This document shows, piece after piece, positions 62,640 to 64,000 of a stretch of DNA of 64,000 nucleotides; the stretch's first letter is position 1, and every line of letters begins with the position of its first letter. The notes beneath the pieces are model-generated. The model made no database searches, had not been told where the DNA came from, and saw only the letters and a list, made by a program, of their open reading frames with translations. The translations under genes and the position numbers were made by a program. Source of the DNA: Pelagomonas calceolata (taxonomy: Eukaryota); contig CAKKNE010000003.1 in NCBI GenBank assembly GCA_918797485.1, forward strand, positions 4,154,001-4,218,000, read 5' to 3'.

Positions 62640-63035
62640 ATGGCCGCCGCCGCCGCCCCGCCCGCCAACGACGAGGAGCAGCTCGGCTTCTTCGGCCGGT
62701 TGGGCCGCATCGTGGCCCCCGTCGAGGCGCCGCTGCCGCCGCCCGTGCCGCCCTCACAATCTTTATTGGGCTCGCTCGCCCAGTACGTCGCACCCGACCC
62801 CACGGCGGCCGCGGCGGCGGATGGTGAAGCCCGGGCCGACGAGGGCGTCGAGGAGTCCAAGTCGACCGAGCCGCCCGTCGGTCTGAGACTCGACAACTGC
62901 ACCGTGTCGCGCGCCGCCGAGCGGTTGCTGATCGAGCTCGCGACGGACCTCGCCGCCGCGCCGGACGCGGACCCCGCCGAGCGCTGCCGCGCGTACCTGA
63001 ACAAACACTACCCGCCCGCCCCGTCCGCGTCGTAA
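62640..63035 (+). CDS. Hypothetical protein
   Basis: ATG-initiated 131-aa ORF with GC3-biased codons; no family recognised. Confidence 0.5.
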   Translation: MAAAAAPPANDEEQLGFFGRLGRIVAPVEAPLPPPVPPSQSLLGSLAQYVAPDPTAAAAADGEARADEGVEESKSTEPPVGLRLDNCTVSRAAERLLIELATDLAAAPDADPAERCRAYLNKHYPPAPSAS

Positions 63036-63121
63036 GCAAGATGACTGTGTAGCCCCGTGTTTATTGTTGCGGGGCTTGGACTCGTGGGCGGCCTCCGACG
63101 ATGAACGCAACCCACGTTCGC

Positions 63122-63144
63122 GCTAGCGCCTGTGAGACTCTAGC
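63122..63144. promoter_or_regulatory. CTAG-bounded promoter motif copy (reverse)
   Basis: gctagcgcctgtgagactctagc, upstream of PFK. Confidence 0.62.
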
Positions 63145-63381
63145 CCTGCCATGGCCCGCGGCCCACTCGCATTTTTTGCCGGGAGCCGCTGCGTACACAA
63201 GCTGGTTTGCACCAAGACTTGCCGGAAACCATCACTGCACAGCCCGGCGCTGCGCCGTACCTCAATCGCGCAGCGAGAGTAGCCACAGAGGCCAAACCCA
63301 GCAGGTGGCCTCCAGGAAAGAAACTGCAGCTAAGAGCAGTCACCGCACGCCGACGCAGCGGCAGAGGTGCACGAAAGAACC

Positions 63382-64000
63382 ATGCGCCGCGCCGCCCAAC
63401 TGCTACGGCGCACGGCGCCCTACGCTCTTACGGGCACGGCCGTCGCCGCCTGCGACGACGACAGATTCACAGTGGAGAAAGTGAATGTGATCAAAATTCC
63501 CCACCTGCGCGACCAGGGCTTTCCGGGAGCGAACAAGTCGAACGTGGCGGCCTTCGGGTACGCGAAATTTGTCTCCGATGAGGATTGCGTCCTCGGCGAC
63601 ATTGTGCTCAATGGACCCTCTCATACGACAAAGGCCTATACGAGAGCAGGACCGAGGGAGAAGCTCCACTTCGACCCGCAGGACACGAGGTGTGCTATCG
63701 TGACGTGCGGCGGGTTGTGTCCTGGGTTGAACACAGTAGTAAAAAATCTCGTGGAGATATTGGAGTCGAGATACGGCGTCGAGAAGATCTACGGCATCAA
63801 AGGTGGCTACCGCGGCTTCACGAGTGTCGGCTGGGACGCTCCCTTGGAACTCACGGCGGACTGCGTCAAGGATATACACAGGGAGGGCGGTACTCTGTTA
63901 GGTACTTCGAGGGGCGGCTTTGATGCGGAAAAAATTGTGGAGTGGCTGCGAGCGAAGCGCGTGAACCAGCTCTACGTCATCGGGGGCGACGGGACCCATA
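63382..64000 (+). CDS. PFK: 6-phosphofructokinase (plant/protist type), 5' part; runs off the window end
   Basis: Not in the ORF track. RAGPREKLHF, AIVTCGGLCPGLN, GIKGGYRGF, GGTLLGTSRGG and LYVIGGDGTH. Confidence 0.93.
   Translation, partial: MRRAAQLLRRTAPYALTGTAVAACDDDRFTVEKVNVIKIPHLRDQGFPGANKSNVAAFGYAKFVSDEDCVLGDIVLNGPSHTTKAYTRAGPREKLHFDPQDTRCAIVTCGGLCPGLNTVVKNLVEILESRYGVEKIYGIKGGYRGFTSVGWDAPLELTADCVKDIHREGGTLLGTSRGGFDAEKIVEWLRAKRVNQLYVIGGDGTH

Noticed and set aside
12831..63144. CTAG motif as Helitron 3' ends explaining the gene fragments
   Set aside because: Copies track start codons rather than the fusion junctions, lack a consistent subterminal hairpin, and have CTAG at both ends.
1..64000. 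tRNA, rRNA or autonomous transposase genes
   Set aside because: None recognised by eye; tRNAscan-SE and Infernal would be needed to exclude small RNAs.

Overview
This is GC-rich, gene-dense eukaryotic DNA with spliceosomal introns. It is most consistent with a pelagophyte alga (Pelagomonas/Aureococcus-like), inferred from gene families and intron style. Housekeeping genes include the carbamoyl-phosphate synthetase 5' end, a zf-HIT protein, a Gfo/Idh/MocA oxidoreductase, dimethylglycine/sarcosine dehydrogenase, SEC24, RBM42, NAD(P) transhydrogenase, an RsuA-type pseudouridine synthase, an MSP1/spastin-like AAA ATPase, an MFS transporter, a thioredoxin-domain protein, a FAM172/Arb2-like hydrolase, a rhodanese and the PFK 5' end. 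These are interleaved with fast-evolving surface-receptor genes. Four layers stand out. (1) A spliced ~1823-aa receptor (45651-51443, minus strand) joins a DUF285/BspA-like repeat ectodomain, a Pro/Thr stalk, a TM helix, a predicted MLKL-like four-helix bundle and an intact TKL kinase. It has a kinase-less tandem paralog and a third DUF285 gene with shuffled, variable repeats, which together suggest a candidate algal innate-immunity/cell-death receptor family. (2) One family of introner MITEs (TIR CTGTGTGGAAATCAA, 8-bp TSD) appears to account for 15 of the 16 introns I could reconstruct. (3) A ~23-bp CTAG-bounded motif recurs 13 times, always just upstream of genes and mostly in divergent promoters. 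(4) About nine junctions fuse gene fragments, including an orphan ureG 3' end. All domain calls are by-eye pattern recognition; no searches were run.
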